Positions 48,401-59,287 of a DNA stretch of 64,000 nt are shown piece after piece. The DNA is from Pocillopora damicornis (taxonomy: Eukaryota): contig NW_020846568.1 of the NCBI RefSeq assembly GCF_003704095.1, positions 62,001 through 126,000 on the forward strand, written 5' to 3'. The position numbers were made by a program, and so were the translations under genes. A model generated the notes under the pieces. That model had not been told where the DNA came from. It saw only the letters and a list, made by a program, of their open reading frames with translations, and searched no databases. The stretch's first letter is position 1. Every line of letters starts with the position of its first letter.

Positions 48401-50593
48401 ACATACAGGTTCATTTCAGGTACGACACATTCAACTCAGACACGAACGTTGTATTCACGCTAATGAGGGCGGTCGCATGCACGCAAATTCATCTGGCGAA
48501 GTCATATGATGAAGTTAATAAACGAATCCTCCAGCTCAACAAAATTGTGTTTGGGAGAAAAATATTTTCCCAGAAACACACATCTAAGGGATGTTCGTTC
48601 TGCTGAATACTACATCGGCAACAACTCTGAGCTATGGACAAGAGAAAATAATGAGCCCTTATTTCCTCTTGGCTATGGTGTATAAAAGAACGCTTCTGTG
48701 TGTATCCAGAAGACAATCCATGTTATGGTCTTCATGATACCAAAAATTTCGTTCGTTAGATACCGCCTGTGCATGCAGCAAAAAGTGGATTTGGTGTTAG
48801 AGCAAGTGGCATTACCGGGGTAGATGAATCAGTAGATTGATCGATCAAATCTTAACTAAAATAGACAAAAAAAATTTGAAAAAAAGAAAAAACCAGAGAG
48901 AAATCTAAATTACAGTATAACAACTGTAATCGTAATGCTAACCAAGTCTTGTACCTTTTCAAGTCTAATTAAACGAAGGAGAAATCTGAATTAAGATGAC
49001 TTTACATAACCTTGTCTACTGTGCCACACCCAGTGTCTGAGATAACTTTATGATCACGAAGAAACCATGAGCAAATCTTACCCTCCAAAAAAAAAAAAAG
49101 CGTGAAGGGCATTTCAACAACAAATAATAAAATTGAAAAACACTTGCCTAGTAGCAAAATAAAAAAAAGCAATTGTCCGACCGATTCCTCTGTTTTTCAT
49201 TATGACAGATATGACTCCACAACTTTGAACCATTTGGCTTTTTCCTAAAGGTTTCTTGTGTAACTGAACCTGTAAATGAACCTGTTATTACAATCATAGA
49301 TTTAACTTTTAAAGCTGATGGGTAACTTAACCTCTTAAAGTTGAATAGGCGCCTCTTAATTTTATTATTTTAGCTAAATGAGATAACTTCAAGACTAAGA
49401 CTTAACTTAGGATCATAACACGAAGGCATTATGAGCTTATTATGAAGAATATTCAAACATCATCTTTTTTTGAAAATATGAATTACTCAGTCGAGAGCAT
49501 TNNNNNNNNNNNNNNNNNNNNNNNNNNNNNNNNNNNNNNNNNNNNNNNNNNNNNNNNNNNNNNNNNNNNNNNNNNNNNNNNNNNNNNNNNNNNNNNNNNN
49601 NNNNNNNNNNNNNNNNNNNNNNNNNNNNNNNNNNNNNNNNNNNNNNNNNNNNNNNNNNNNNNNNNNNNNNNNNNNNNNNNNNNNNNNNNNNNNNNNNNNN
49701 NNNNNNNNNNNNNNNNNNNNNNNNNNNNNNNNNNNNNNNNNNNNNNNNNNNNNNNNNNNNNNNNNNNNNNNNNNNNNNNNNNNNGTGTTAGCCCTTCGTT
49801 AGAGCGAGTGTGATATATATTCAGCCCATTTTATGAGAGTTTAGAGTTTTTGCTGGTTATTAGGGAGTGACCATCTAATCTAAAGACAGAGCAACATGCA
49901 TCCATGTTGGTCACTCGTAAACTTGATCCGTTTCGTTCCACACTCATGACGAAACGGGTTACAACTTCATGATTATTTTCTTTTCCATAAAGTATATGTA
50001 CATAGCATTAGCTTATCACTTTGTTGGTAAAAGGAACACGATACCTAGCTTCTTTATTTATTAAATGTCAAATTTAACCGTTGCTTTCAGAACAATCACG
50101 CGATACCCTGGTCGTATTCTTGTCGGGAGTGGCTGGTGCCACTGTTTTCTTGCTTTTGTTTCTGTTAGCAATTCATCTTTGCAAGAAAAAATTTAGGAAG
50201 AGAAAATTTTCCATGGTTAAAAGAGAAGACGAAGATGAAGTGAACAAAATAAAGAGTGTGACTATAGAACTGCAAGGAAATGGTGACGAAACCAAAGAAA
50301 TAAACGTCAACCCAGGAGATATCATTATCATTGATCACAATGACGATGATCGAGCAGGAAGCGAGGATCTTGGTTATCTATCGGAAATAGTTCGATTTTA
50401 TAACAGTCAGAACATCGGCAGCGACGACCAGATATCGATTAGAAAGCAATTTTCCGCTTGTGACAGTCCCTCAGTTATTTCGACCGAGGCAAGTGAAAGT
50501 AGAGACAGCAAATATGGTTCAGTTGGAATGAAGCACTGCACTTGCCAACATGAGTCCTTATTGCGCCCCTCTTCCCCACTTGGTATTATATAA
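42486..50593 (+). CDS. EVA-1/EVA1C-like type I membrane protein (SUEL domain, mucin stalk, FAM176/Eva-1-like juxtamembrane and TM segment, cytoplasmic tail)
   Basis: Exons 42486-42546 (MWSVSTPLFLFFCGASFFVI, gtaagt), 47260-47553 (canonical SUEL: ACEGE..AKYGR..DPCPGTYKYLEVIYGC), 48048-48419 (S/T/K-rich, ending GVIFVLLRSVYVTYRFIS) and 50091-50593 (EQSRDTLVVFLSGVAGATVFLLLFLLAIHLC-KKKFRKRK...). All introns are phase 1. Two gaps within the gene could hide exons. Confidence 0.8.
46792..47093. other. Assembly gap
   Basis: Run of N. Confidence 1.
49502..49783. other. Assembly gap
   Basis: Run of N. Confidence 1.
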
Positions 50594-51855
50594 TACGCGA
50601 AAAGGCTCAAGCAGTCCGTGGCTTCACTGTTGTGATCAAAAATTTATGTCATAAAGGATGCGAAAAACAAGACTAGTTGAAAATGCAAGATGAGAGAGCT
50701 ATGCTTTCTAAGCGGCCGCGCCAGATCTACTCAAGATTTGATATCTGATATAAGCATGCCTGGTCAGTGAGTAACTGCTTTGGTAATGCATTGATGAGGT
50801 GCTGAGAATTGACATTCTCCCCACTAAACATTTTAGGTTAGTAAAAATGGCTTGACCACCGTAATGAAAAAGATAAGAGATTCTCAATGACCTTGCACCA
50901 TCCACCGTCTTGTCCTTCCCGTTGCGATTTTTTTGTTTCTTCTGTTTTTACACTTAAGGTAATGGATACCTTTGGTTTAAAAAGAGGGACTTTTATGATA
51001 ACTAAGAATTTCTATTGAGTTCGTTTATTTGAGTAAATTTTGTTTTGTGGGCAGGCCTGAACTAGACTTAATCAATCAACATTTAACACAAATCTAACTT
51101 ATCGGAAAATTTTAACCAACTGAATATTGAAGAGGTGAAACACCTTAAAGTTAACTATTTTGAATAATACATTACTACTGCACCTTCTTGAACATTCGAA
51201 AAAGTAATTAGAATGGTTGTGTCATTCATTTAGCGAAGCATGACGTTGAAACTTAGTTAATGTATTACTTGAACTTTGGAGTTTAGCGGCATCACAGGGC
51301 AACTAAACAAAGGAGAAAATTTAAAATGGGGCGAGCAATCAAAAAAAGCCAACTTGAAACCACTTCTGGTAAGAGAGTGCAAAGGACGTGCTCGAATAAT
51401 TTCAGGACATGGCCAATGTATTTTTACCTTTCTGACTTGTGTGAGCTATGTTTGAGAATAATCAGTCCTAGTTTCGGTTGAGTTTTGCAATACTTTATTC
51501 TGATTGACTTTACACATATCTTCAAGTAACAACAGTAAGTGAAAATACTGTAAATATCCATGTTATTTTTGTAACGAGTGACACTTATTTTTCTGTAAAT
51601 AAATTGAAACAACATCTGAACTAGCTTCTCCTCTAATTTAGGATGAGGAAAAACAATCCTCAAACGAAATTACTCACGATAGCGTAGAATCTTTCTAGAA
51701 CTTGTGTTTCTGGCTAAAAAGAAAGCTCATAGCACGATAGGTGGAAATATGAATTTATCTAACAAGCGTCATTTTCTCCGAAAACACTTTTAAAGGAGGT
51801 CAGTTTGATACATGTAAAAGCCCACTGAAAATCCCAAATTATTTAGTGGGAGACT

Positions 51856-53910
51856 CTACTCGCTGAATATTTGTATGCGGTCATTAAAACAATCAGTCAG
51901 TACAATCTTGTTATCACGGAGAACGGCCGAAGAGGTTGGTCTCTTTAATTCTCCCACCTTATGTCCCTTTCCCCCAAATTTTGAGACAAATGTGCCATTT
52001 AATTTGATTATCTGAACTCTGTGATTTAATGAATCACAAATTATCAGTTCACCGGGTTTGTAAACTGAGACATAAGTTGGTTCATTGAACTCCCCATCCC
52101 CCTGTCCTTTTTTTCCGATTTTGTACTGAAATTGCCCTTTTCTATCAAATACTACGATGCAATGCTCAGAAATGTCTGATATTAAAAATAGATCGTCATG
52201 CTGAATACAATTGAGTGGTTTTGTTAGACAAAATGTTTCACCTATTTTCTTTAAACAAGAACCAGTATTAGAAAAGAATTTGACCAATTTATTGCCTGAA
52301 TCAGCAACAATGATATTACCTACGCTGTCCACAAACAAGCCGTATGGATACTTGAGCTGGTGATCAAGACTTCCAAGACTTCCAAATTGGCTGAGGTACT
52401 TCCCACGGTCACAAAGCAATTGAATGCGATGGTTAAAAGTGTCTGCTACTAAAATGTTCCCACTATTATCAAATGCTATGCCAGTAGGATAATAAAATTC
52501 TCCTTTCTGATTGCCCTTTCTTCCAAAAGAGCGCAAATATGTCCCATTGCAGCTGAATACCTGAACTCTGTTCGCATTGCTTTCAGTCACTGCTATTTCA
52601 TTACGGGCGCTCACTGCAATGCCCCAAGGCTTGCTAAGGCTTCCAGCATGCATCCTTTGTTCTCCAAATGTTGACAAAGGGACGAAGCTTCTTGGTTTGA
52701 CAACAACAGCAAAAGGACTCCCACAAACGTGCTCTTCATTTATAGTTACTGAGATTTCGTGCTTTCCTGTTTCCGTAAAGAAATGAGTGATGAAGTAGGT
52801 ACCGTCTCTATTATCTTGGACTTGCGCCGTCGTGACTCTAACATGGCCATCCCAATTTGTAACTCTTACGCTTATCTCGTCATGCTCTGTGTAACACTTT
52901 TCGCCTTCAGCATTTTTCGTAGTCAAAACAGCGCGAGCCTCCAATCCAACAATCGCCTCCCTCATTCCTTTAACATCGGCACTTGATTTACTATATGAAG
53001 TGAGAGTCAGGAACGCTTTCATTGAACCAATTCCATGAGCCTGTAATGCCTTCATTGATGCGTCATTTTGTTTTAGAATTAGGTGACAATTTTTTCTTAG
53101 GTCATTGCAGTTTTCAATTTCAGGTGCACTGACATGTAGAGATTTTTCTAATTTGGATTTGTACCGTAAAAGCTCGGCCCTGGTACTTCCTTTCACAAAT
53201 TCTTCAATTTCTTCAATTTCTTTCTCCATTGATTGTATTTGTTTTTCCAAACAGATTTGCTGATTTTTAAAGAAATCGAGTATTTCTTCGGCTTGCTTAT
53301 CCACGTCCTCAAACATTTCTCGCATCTTCGCTTCAATGACCGCGATAATATTATCTGCTAACGAGCGTGCGTCGCGCTTCACGTTTGACACTTTATTTTG
53401 TAATTCAGTGTATTTGACTTGTAGTTCATTTATTTGACCATGCTTTTTTTCAATTGATTTCCGTTTAGAATTAATCAAAGAGATAATTTCTGCTCTTTTT
53501 TCAGTTAGAACGTCTTCCAAGAGCATCTTTGTGTGACGGTTGTGGACTGTCACGACGCAAATGTTGCAAATGGCTCTTTCACAATCCCCGCAAAAGAATC
53601 TCAATTCCTCTTTTTCGTGGTCCTTCTTGGAGCAAAATTCAAGTTTCACGGGTCGTTTTGAGATCTCTTCGAAGTCATGATCTCGAAAATCGTTTACAAG
53701 TAGAACACGGTGTCCTTTGTTATTTCGGATCGTACTATGAGCAATGACACACTCCTCACACCAGAAGATACAACAATGAAAGCAATAGAAACACTGAGAG
53801 CTCTTCTCGTCACAATTTCCACATTTCACTTCCGATGTGTCGCGCTCTTTAATAGCCAAAACGTTGAGCATGTTGCTGACACGAATGTTTGATGGAAAGT
53901 CGCTCAGATT
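51856..53910 (-). CDS. TRIM-NHL family protein (TRIM71/TRIM2/3-like: two B-boxes, coiled coil, filamin repeat, NHL repeats); 5' end in gap
   Basis: B-box 1 CGNC..CFHC..CEEC..H, B-box 2 CSKKDH..CGDC..CNIC..H, coiled coil, filamin DNRDGTY...GSPF, and NHL repeats (PWGIAV, PTGIAFD, PYGLFVD). The frame stays open upstream of the annotated Met (NLSDFPSNIRVSNMLNVLAIKE) up to the gap. Confidence 0.92.
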   Translation of the reverse strand, partial: NLSDFPSNIRVSNMLNVLAIKERDTSEVKCGNCDEKSSQCFYCFHCCIFWCEECVIAHSTIRNNKGHRVLLVNDFRDHDFEEISKRPVKLEFCSKKDHEKEELRFFCGDCERAICNICVVTVHNRHTKMLLEDVLTEKRAEIISLINSKRKSIEKKHGQINELQVKYTELQNKVSNVKRDARSLADNIIAVIEAKMREMFEDVDKQAEEILDFFKNQQICLEKQIQSMEKEIEEIEEFVKGSTRAELLRYKSKLEKSLHVSAPEIENCNDLRKNCHLILKQNDASMKALQAHGIGSMKAFLTLTSYSKSSADVKGMREAIVGLEARAVLTTKNAEGEKCYTEHDEISVRVTNWDGHVRVTTAQVQDNRDGTYFITHFFTETGKHEISVTINEEHVCGSPFAVVVKPRSFVPLSTFGEQRMHAGSLSKPWGIAVSARNEIAVTESNANRVQVFSCNGTYLRSFGRKGNQKGEFYYPTGIAFDNSGNILVADTFNHRIQLLCDRGKYLSQFGSLGSLDHQLKYPYGLFVDSVGNIIVADSGNKLVKFFSNTGSCLKKIGETFCLTKPLNCIQHDDLFLISDISEHCIVVFDRKGQFQYKIGKKGQGDGEFNEPTYVSVYKPGELIICDSLNHRVQIIKLNGTFVSKFGGKGHKVGELKRPTSSAVLRDNKIVLTDCFNDRIQIFSE

Positions 53911-53911
53911 T

Positions 53912-54011
53912 NNNNNNNNNNNNNNNNNNNNNNNNNNNNNNNNNNNNNNNNNNNNNNNNNNNNNNNNNNNNNNNNNNNNNNNNNNNNNNNNNNNNNNNNN
54001 NNNNNNNNNNN
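53912..54011. other. Assembly gap (100 N)
   Basis: Run of N. Confidence 1.
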
Positions 54012-57000
54012 AGTCCTAGAGTATTCGAGTCGCGCACAATACCCCGCGCAAACCTGGAATATTCGTCGCGACTGTGCTCGAATACCTCGCGTCAGTAATC
54101 TCTCTGGCATATTCTTAAAAGTACACCACGCTTGTCTCGTACTCCTAAAATATTCTGGAGTATTAAAGCACACCGTATCTTTGAAGCTATAGTACCAAAA
54201 AATGTGTCTGGTTGTTTTATATTCTACGCTGAAAGAAATATTCCTCTTAAAATTCGCGAAGCACTTCACTCTTTCCACCCTGAAGTGTGCTTCTTGGAAA
54301 CTCAATCGCGACCCTGAATACTAGCGCATTTGAGGGTATTCTGGATACGTACAACGAGTAAAGTTAACCTCGGGCGCACATTTGAATACGATGCTCACCA
54401 AAATTCATTAGTCTCCTTTGGACCTCACATTGCTGTATTGGTTTTACTGTCAGTTTCCACTCAATACTTACTTCAGCATTGTTGCATGATCATCACTACG
54501 TGATATCAAAAGTTTTCGCAGTCATAGTGTGGCGAAGATATTACTCTCTTTTCTCGAGTTTATAACTTAATATATCATTATTGAAGAAGTATGCAAGGAG
54601 CAAAACAAGTATAATACAGCAGTTAAATTATATATCGATTTGTCTTTGCACCAAGGGATCAACCTCTGCATGCTTTCCATTTACCGCATTTTCATCGCGT
54701 TTCCTGTACTTAATAGTTACGTCGTTTTTCTTAACGTTTTGTCTCTTAAGGCTTCCTTCTTTTCAGTATGTCAACGCGAAAATACAAAATTGAATTGAAA
54801 ACTTTAAAACTTCCGTGAAAGCTACGAGTTCTCAACGACACTCTGATTGCTTTTCACAATATGTCAGTTTTGAGCTGCCGGTAGCTGTGAGGTCCTTTAC
54901 AACAATCAAGACAATGTTAAGCAGAAGCCAGAGTGATTTGAACAAGTTGACGCGATTTCGATGGTGAGATCCACTGGGGGTGGTTGTGTGTCATTATTTG
55001 TACTTGGGATATCAGAATGGGGTCTTGTAGGCTAGTTTGGTCACTCAGATACACCTGTGTTATCAGGGTCCATTTTCCTAAATTAGAGGGCTTGTTTTCA
55101 TTCAGTTCCTCCTGGTCAAAGGTTCGTGTTGATTGATATCAAAATTGGGTTGATACCCACTCAATTCAAATTCAAACAAAGAATAGATAGGTGGGGAAAA
55201 AAAGGGTTCTCTGTTTGAGGTCCTTGGTAAAAAAATGCGAAAGGTAATTTTGAAATTCGGCTGCTTCGACAAGGGAAAAGGGGGTGTCACTGGCAAAAAC
55301 TTTATGAGACGTAAATTAAAAACAGGCTTCTTTTAAATGGTGTTAATTATAAATAGGAAACAAATAACAATTTCACCTTCTTTCACTATCCACGGATAAT
55401 GATTTTATGTTAAAGAGATCACAAGTATTGTAATCTTTCTGAAAGCAATTCATTATCGATGGAAGTTTCCTTCATTCAAATAGGAAACAAAGGGTGTCTA
55501 AATAAAAGAAAACTAACACCATTTTGCAGGACTCTCATTTTCAGAGACCCTCTTAGACACGTATCTATCCCTTTCTACAAATATTTTTGGTTAATACTCA
55601 CGTTCCAAGTAAAATAAAAACTGTGACCTAACTTAAATGATCTAGGGAAATTTAAATTTTTTTTGCGCAGCTGCGAATAGTTTATTATCATTGGCGACTC
55701 GACCAAAACTTCCTTCGTTTTTAGTGCCGCGGCGCTAATATCGCGCCGCTGACTACTATCACGCTCCGTTTTACTATCTGAATGCCTGGAACAGGATTTT
55801 TTTTTTTCCATTTTTAGAAAGTCAAGGCAGGGTGAGTCTCAATGCGTTGTTTTGTATTTTTCCCAAAAAAGTAAATTTTGTAAGGCAAGGTATCTACAAT
55901 AGGGCTCATTCGGTCTTCAATACTTTTTTTCTTTCCGTTTGTTTTCTTTTTGGTTTGTTCATTAAGTGTTTTCATCCTGCGGAGGTATATTTTAGGATGG
56001 ATCGTTGAGGCGCAGTTTTGGAAAATCGGCTGAAACACCCACAATTTTTGACACTCATAAGAATTATGTCAATTATAATACTAGTGGTCAAGACTGGAGG
56101 ATAATCCTCTTTTTTTAATGGTTTATTGACAGTATTTCTATATACGTGGAATTATCTATCACCTTCAATTTACCTAAGTGTTTAATTTAGACGTTGCTTT
56201 TGCCGAAAAGAGTCGAAAACATCGATTAACTGATAAACTCCTCTAACGAAGGGCCATTTCGCGCAGCTGCATTTTATGTGACCTTATCGGCTTGAAAATT
56301 ATTTCGATCATTATCGTACGCGTCTGGCTCCCTTTACATATCCATCACTGTCTAGCCCGTAGGTGAGTTGCCATCTCAATTAACGCATTTCGTCAAGGTT
56401 AGATGTGATAGCAATTTAAAACATTGATTTTCTGAAGATTGGTTTAATGTGTACTGACGAGTCTTGCTAAATTGGCATTTTTCGTTTTCGACTTTTTTTT
56501 TCATTCAAAAGCAGTAATTCTTCCTTTAATTTTAGCAAAGGGGACTCTTCCAGGCATGTTATGTAATACAGTTCGCGCAGCATTAATCAAAATTTCTTTC
56601 GTTGGTTTTAATCTCTTTTTTCAGTTGCCTAAACTCCGTTAAGAGTGCAGAACCCCCTAAGGATTTAAGCCTTTCGACTTTTATGACTCTTTTTCACTGA
56701 ATTTTCCGATTCGCCTCTTTCAGTCCCAGTCCGCTCTCGATCCCTCCTTCCGACGTTTTCCCCTTGTAAGTCTTGTATGTTTTTTATTTAACTTTTAGTG
56801 AGGATGCGTTGCTCCTCTCAGAGATTATTGTTACTTTCATTATCAACATCATTGTGATTCGTAAGGATACATGTAGTTGAGTGCAAGCAAGCGCCCTCTG
56901 AAAATTTCGAGTTGTGTGCTATATCAATAAGTCATAATTTTAGAGTTGTTAGAGACGATTTGAAGTCGTCACAAAAAATTGTGCATGAAAGGGTTGAGAA

Positions 57001-58147
57001 CAGCTAAATGATTATTAAAAAAAGGTGTTTTCCGTTTTAAATAGTCAGATCTTTTCCATGCTCTTTTCTCCTTTTTTCTACCCACGTATCCTTTGCAATT
57101 TCTTACTGGTCTTGTCTGCAAGAGGAATTGTTTACACTTTTCATGCAGTCTATTTTGCGCTTTTCCAAAACAGATTTCAGTGAGCTTCAAGGGTGGCATT
57201 CGCTCTGATAGCGTTTCGGGAACTTATTATCTGGATCAATATTTTCTCTACCAGCACATTCCACGGAAAAGATCTTCAACATTTCACTTTTCCAAGGTCT
57301 CATTTTGATTCTCTCCTTTTCCAACAGACAAACAGATAAATCTCACTTTTGTTTTGTCCCTCCTGTTGTAGGGTAGAATGATAGGTTTTTTCCACCGGCA
57401 GCAGTTGAAAATTTTCATATGTTGTCAACGCTATAACATTTGAGGGAGTTTCCCCAAAGTCGTTTCATTTTAGAATTGAATTAAGGGAGAGATACGCTGC
57501 TATATAAATTTATTAGTGATATTGAGATGGAAATTTCGGTGAAATGTTTGTCGAAAAAGAGAGCAAATGGAGAGAAAAAAATAAAAGGAGGTAGAGGGTG
57601 TACAAACACATGAATCAATATCAGCTGGCCCTTTTTGGAGCTTAGTAAGGCAGGGCAGAGGTCTGAGGTGTTTTTGGGTTTTTTTGCTCTGTTTGTTTTT
57701 TTTTTAACTTTGCACTCTTTACTTAATGTTTTCATTACAACTTGCATTGCAAGCATCATTTCATCAATTTTTCAAAATATCCTGATATACGAAATTTTCC
57801 AATTTTTCATTGTGCCAAAAGTTGCATGCAAACCAATTGAGCTTCCTTTTGAATCAGAGTCTTCGAAAACTAAAATAAAGCATTACACAAAAAATTTCCA
57901 CTTCAAATGTTTACTACGACCTTCACCAGATCCACATTATTATTTACGCTGACTTTGAATTGATTATTTGCATGACTGGTTAATAAATCGTGCCACGCAT
58001 CACATGGAATATTTAAAGTAGATCTAAGAATGGCTTAATTCAATGCTGCATTAGATCTCGTTTCTGATCATAATCACACAAAACTGTATATTATCCCAAT
58101 GATTAGATTTCTCATGCATTATAATATTGCAGGGAGTTTGAGGATCA

Positions 58148-59287
58148 ATGGCTGAAAATCTTTCTGCACTTTTCACAAATAGTACTAACCGGTCCATTTC
58201 TGGCACCTCTGCACCTAACCCTTCGATCTACATTTTCACGCCAGCAGGCTCCACGATAAAACAGGCACTGGTATTCTCAATGGTGACTGTGGCTCTTATC
58301 GGATTTGTTGGAGGAAGCTTAATCTTACATTTTCTTTCTCAGAACAAACAACCCATTGAAATACAATCAAGCCGCTTTATAAAAAATCTAAATCTGTACA
58401 TAAAGAGCTTGGCTCTCTCTGACATTTTATCCACTTTGGTATCTCTTCCTTTGACATGTATCCAAATATCTTTTGACCTCTTTCAAACACACTGGGCCTG
58501 TAAAATAGTTCGTTACTTTAACATTGTTTTTCCGGTCATTACTATTTGCAACTTAGTCGTAATAGGAATTGAAAAGCACCTTTCGTTGAGGAGAGTGCCA
58601 CGGACCTTGAGCGCTACAGCGGTTCGCAAGTTGATCTTCCTTGCTTGGTTTGCTGGATTTGCAGTAGTTCTGCTTCCTGCTACGACATTTACTGGAATAA
58701 GGCACGATTTGAATGAAACACATTTTACAGTGATTTGTAAGTACGATACAGAGTACTTGCCTGCTCGAATTGCCTTTGTATCATTTACTGCACTTGTGTA
58801 TTACCTTCCGGGCATTTTTCTGATCGTAGTGAACACTTTACTGGTTCGAAAGGTACACCTACGGCTAAAAGTGAACATGATGGTCTCTATTCAGGTGGAC
58901 AACTCCAAGCAGGCAAAACTAAGGGCAGCCAAAATTCGGGGAACTGTTCTCCTCACAACAATGACGTTCGCTTTTATAATTCCATATTTCGGTTACATGG
59001 GCTACGCTGCATATAACATGATTGCAAAACCCGATATTGACTTTCAGACTGATTACGTCATTCGCTTTTCAAGTGGTGTGATAGCATTTTCCAATAGCGC
59101 AGTAAATTTTGTGATCTACGTAGTGCAGATGAGGGGTTTCAGGATTTTTCTAAAGAAACTTGTGTGTAGTGCGCGTCCAGCAGTCATACCAGAACAATTT
59201 GACAATGCTGCCAAGCCGGGAACTCGACCGGGGACAACGGCATATTGTGCACAGGTTATTGAAATGGCTGAACTGCCAACACACTGA
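58148..59287 (+). CDS. Class A (rhodopsin-like) GPCR, single coding exon, orphan
   Basis: 379 aa with seven hydrophobic segments, N-terminal N-glycosylation sequons, LALSD (TM2), Cys at the top of TM3 (WACK) and in ECL2 (ICKY), TM4 Trp, YYLP (TM5) and NSAVNFVIY (TM7). An acceptor ttgcag just upstream suggests a spliced 5' UTR. Confidence 0.93.
   Translation: MAENLSALFTNSTNRSISGTSAPNPSIYIFTPAGSTIKQALVFSMVTVALIGFVGGSLILHFLSQNKQPIEIQSSRFIKNLNLYIKSLALSDILSTLVSLPLTCIQISFDLFQTHWACKIVRYFNIVFPVITICNLVVIGIEKHLSLRRVPRTLSATAVRKLIFLAWFAGFAVVLLPATTFTGIRHDLNETHFTVICKYDTEYLPARIAFVSFTALVYYLPGIFLIVVNTLLVRKVHLRLKVNMMVSIQVDNSKQAKLRAAKIRGTVLLTTMTFAFIIPYFGYMGYAAYNMIAKPDIDFQTDYVIRFSSGVIAFSNSAVNFVIYVVQMRGFRIFLKKLVCSARPAVIPEQFDNAAKPGTRPGTTAYCAQVIEMAELPTH

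Noticed and set aside
53904-54305. ORF beyond the gap considered as the TRIM N-terminus
   Set aside because: No C3HC4 RING pattern, and its length is inflated by Ns.
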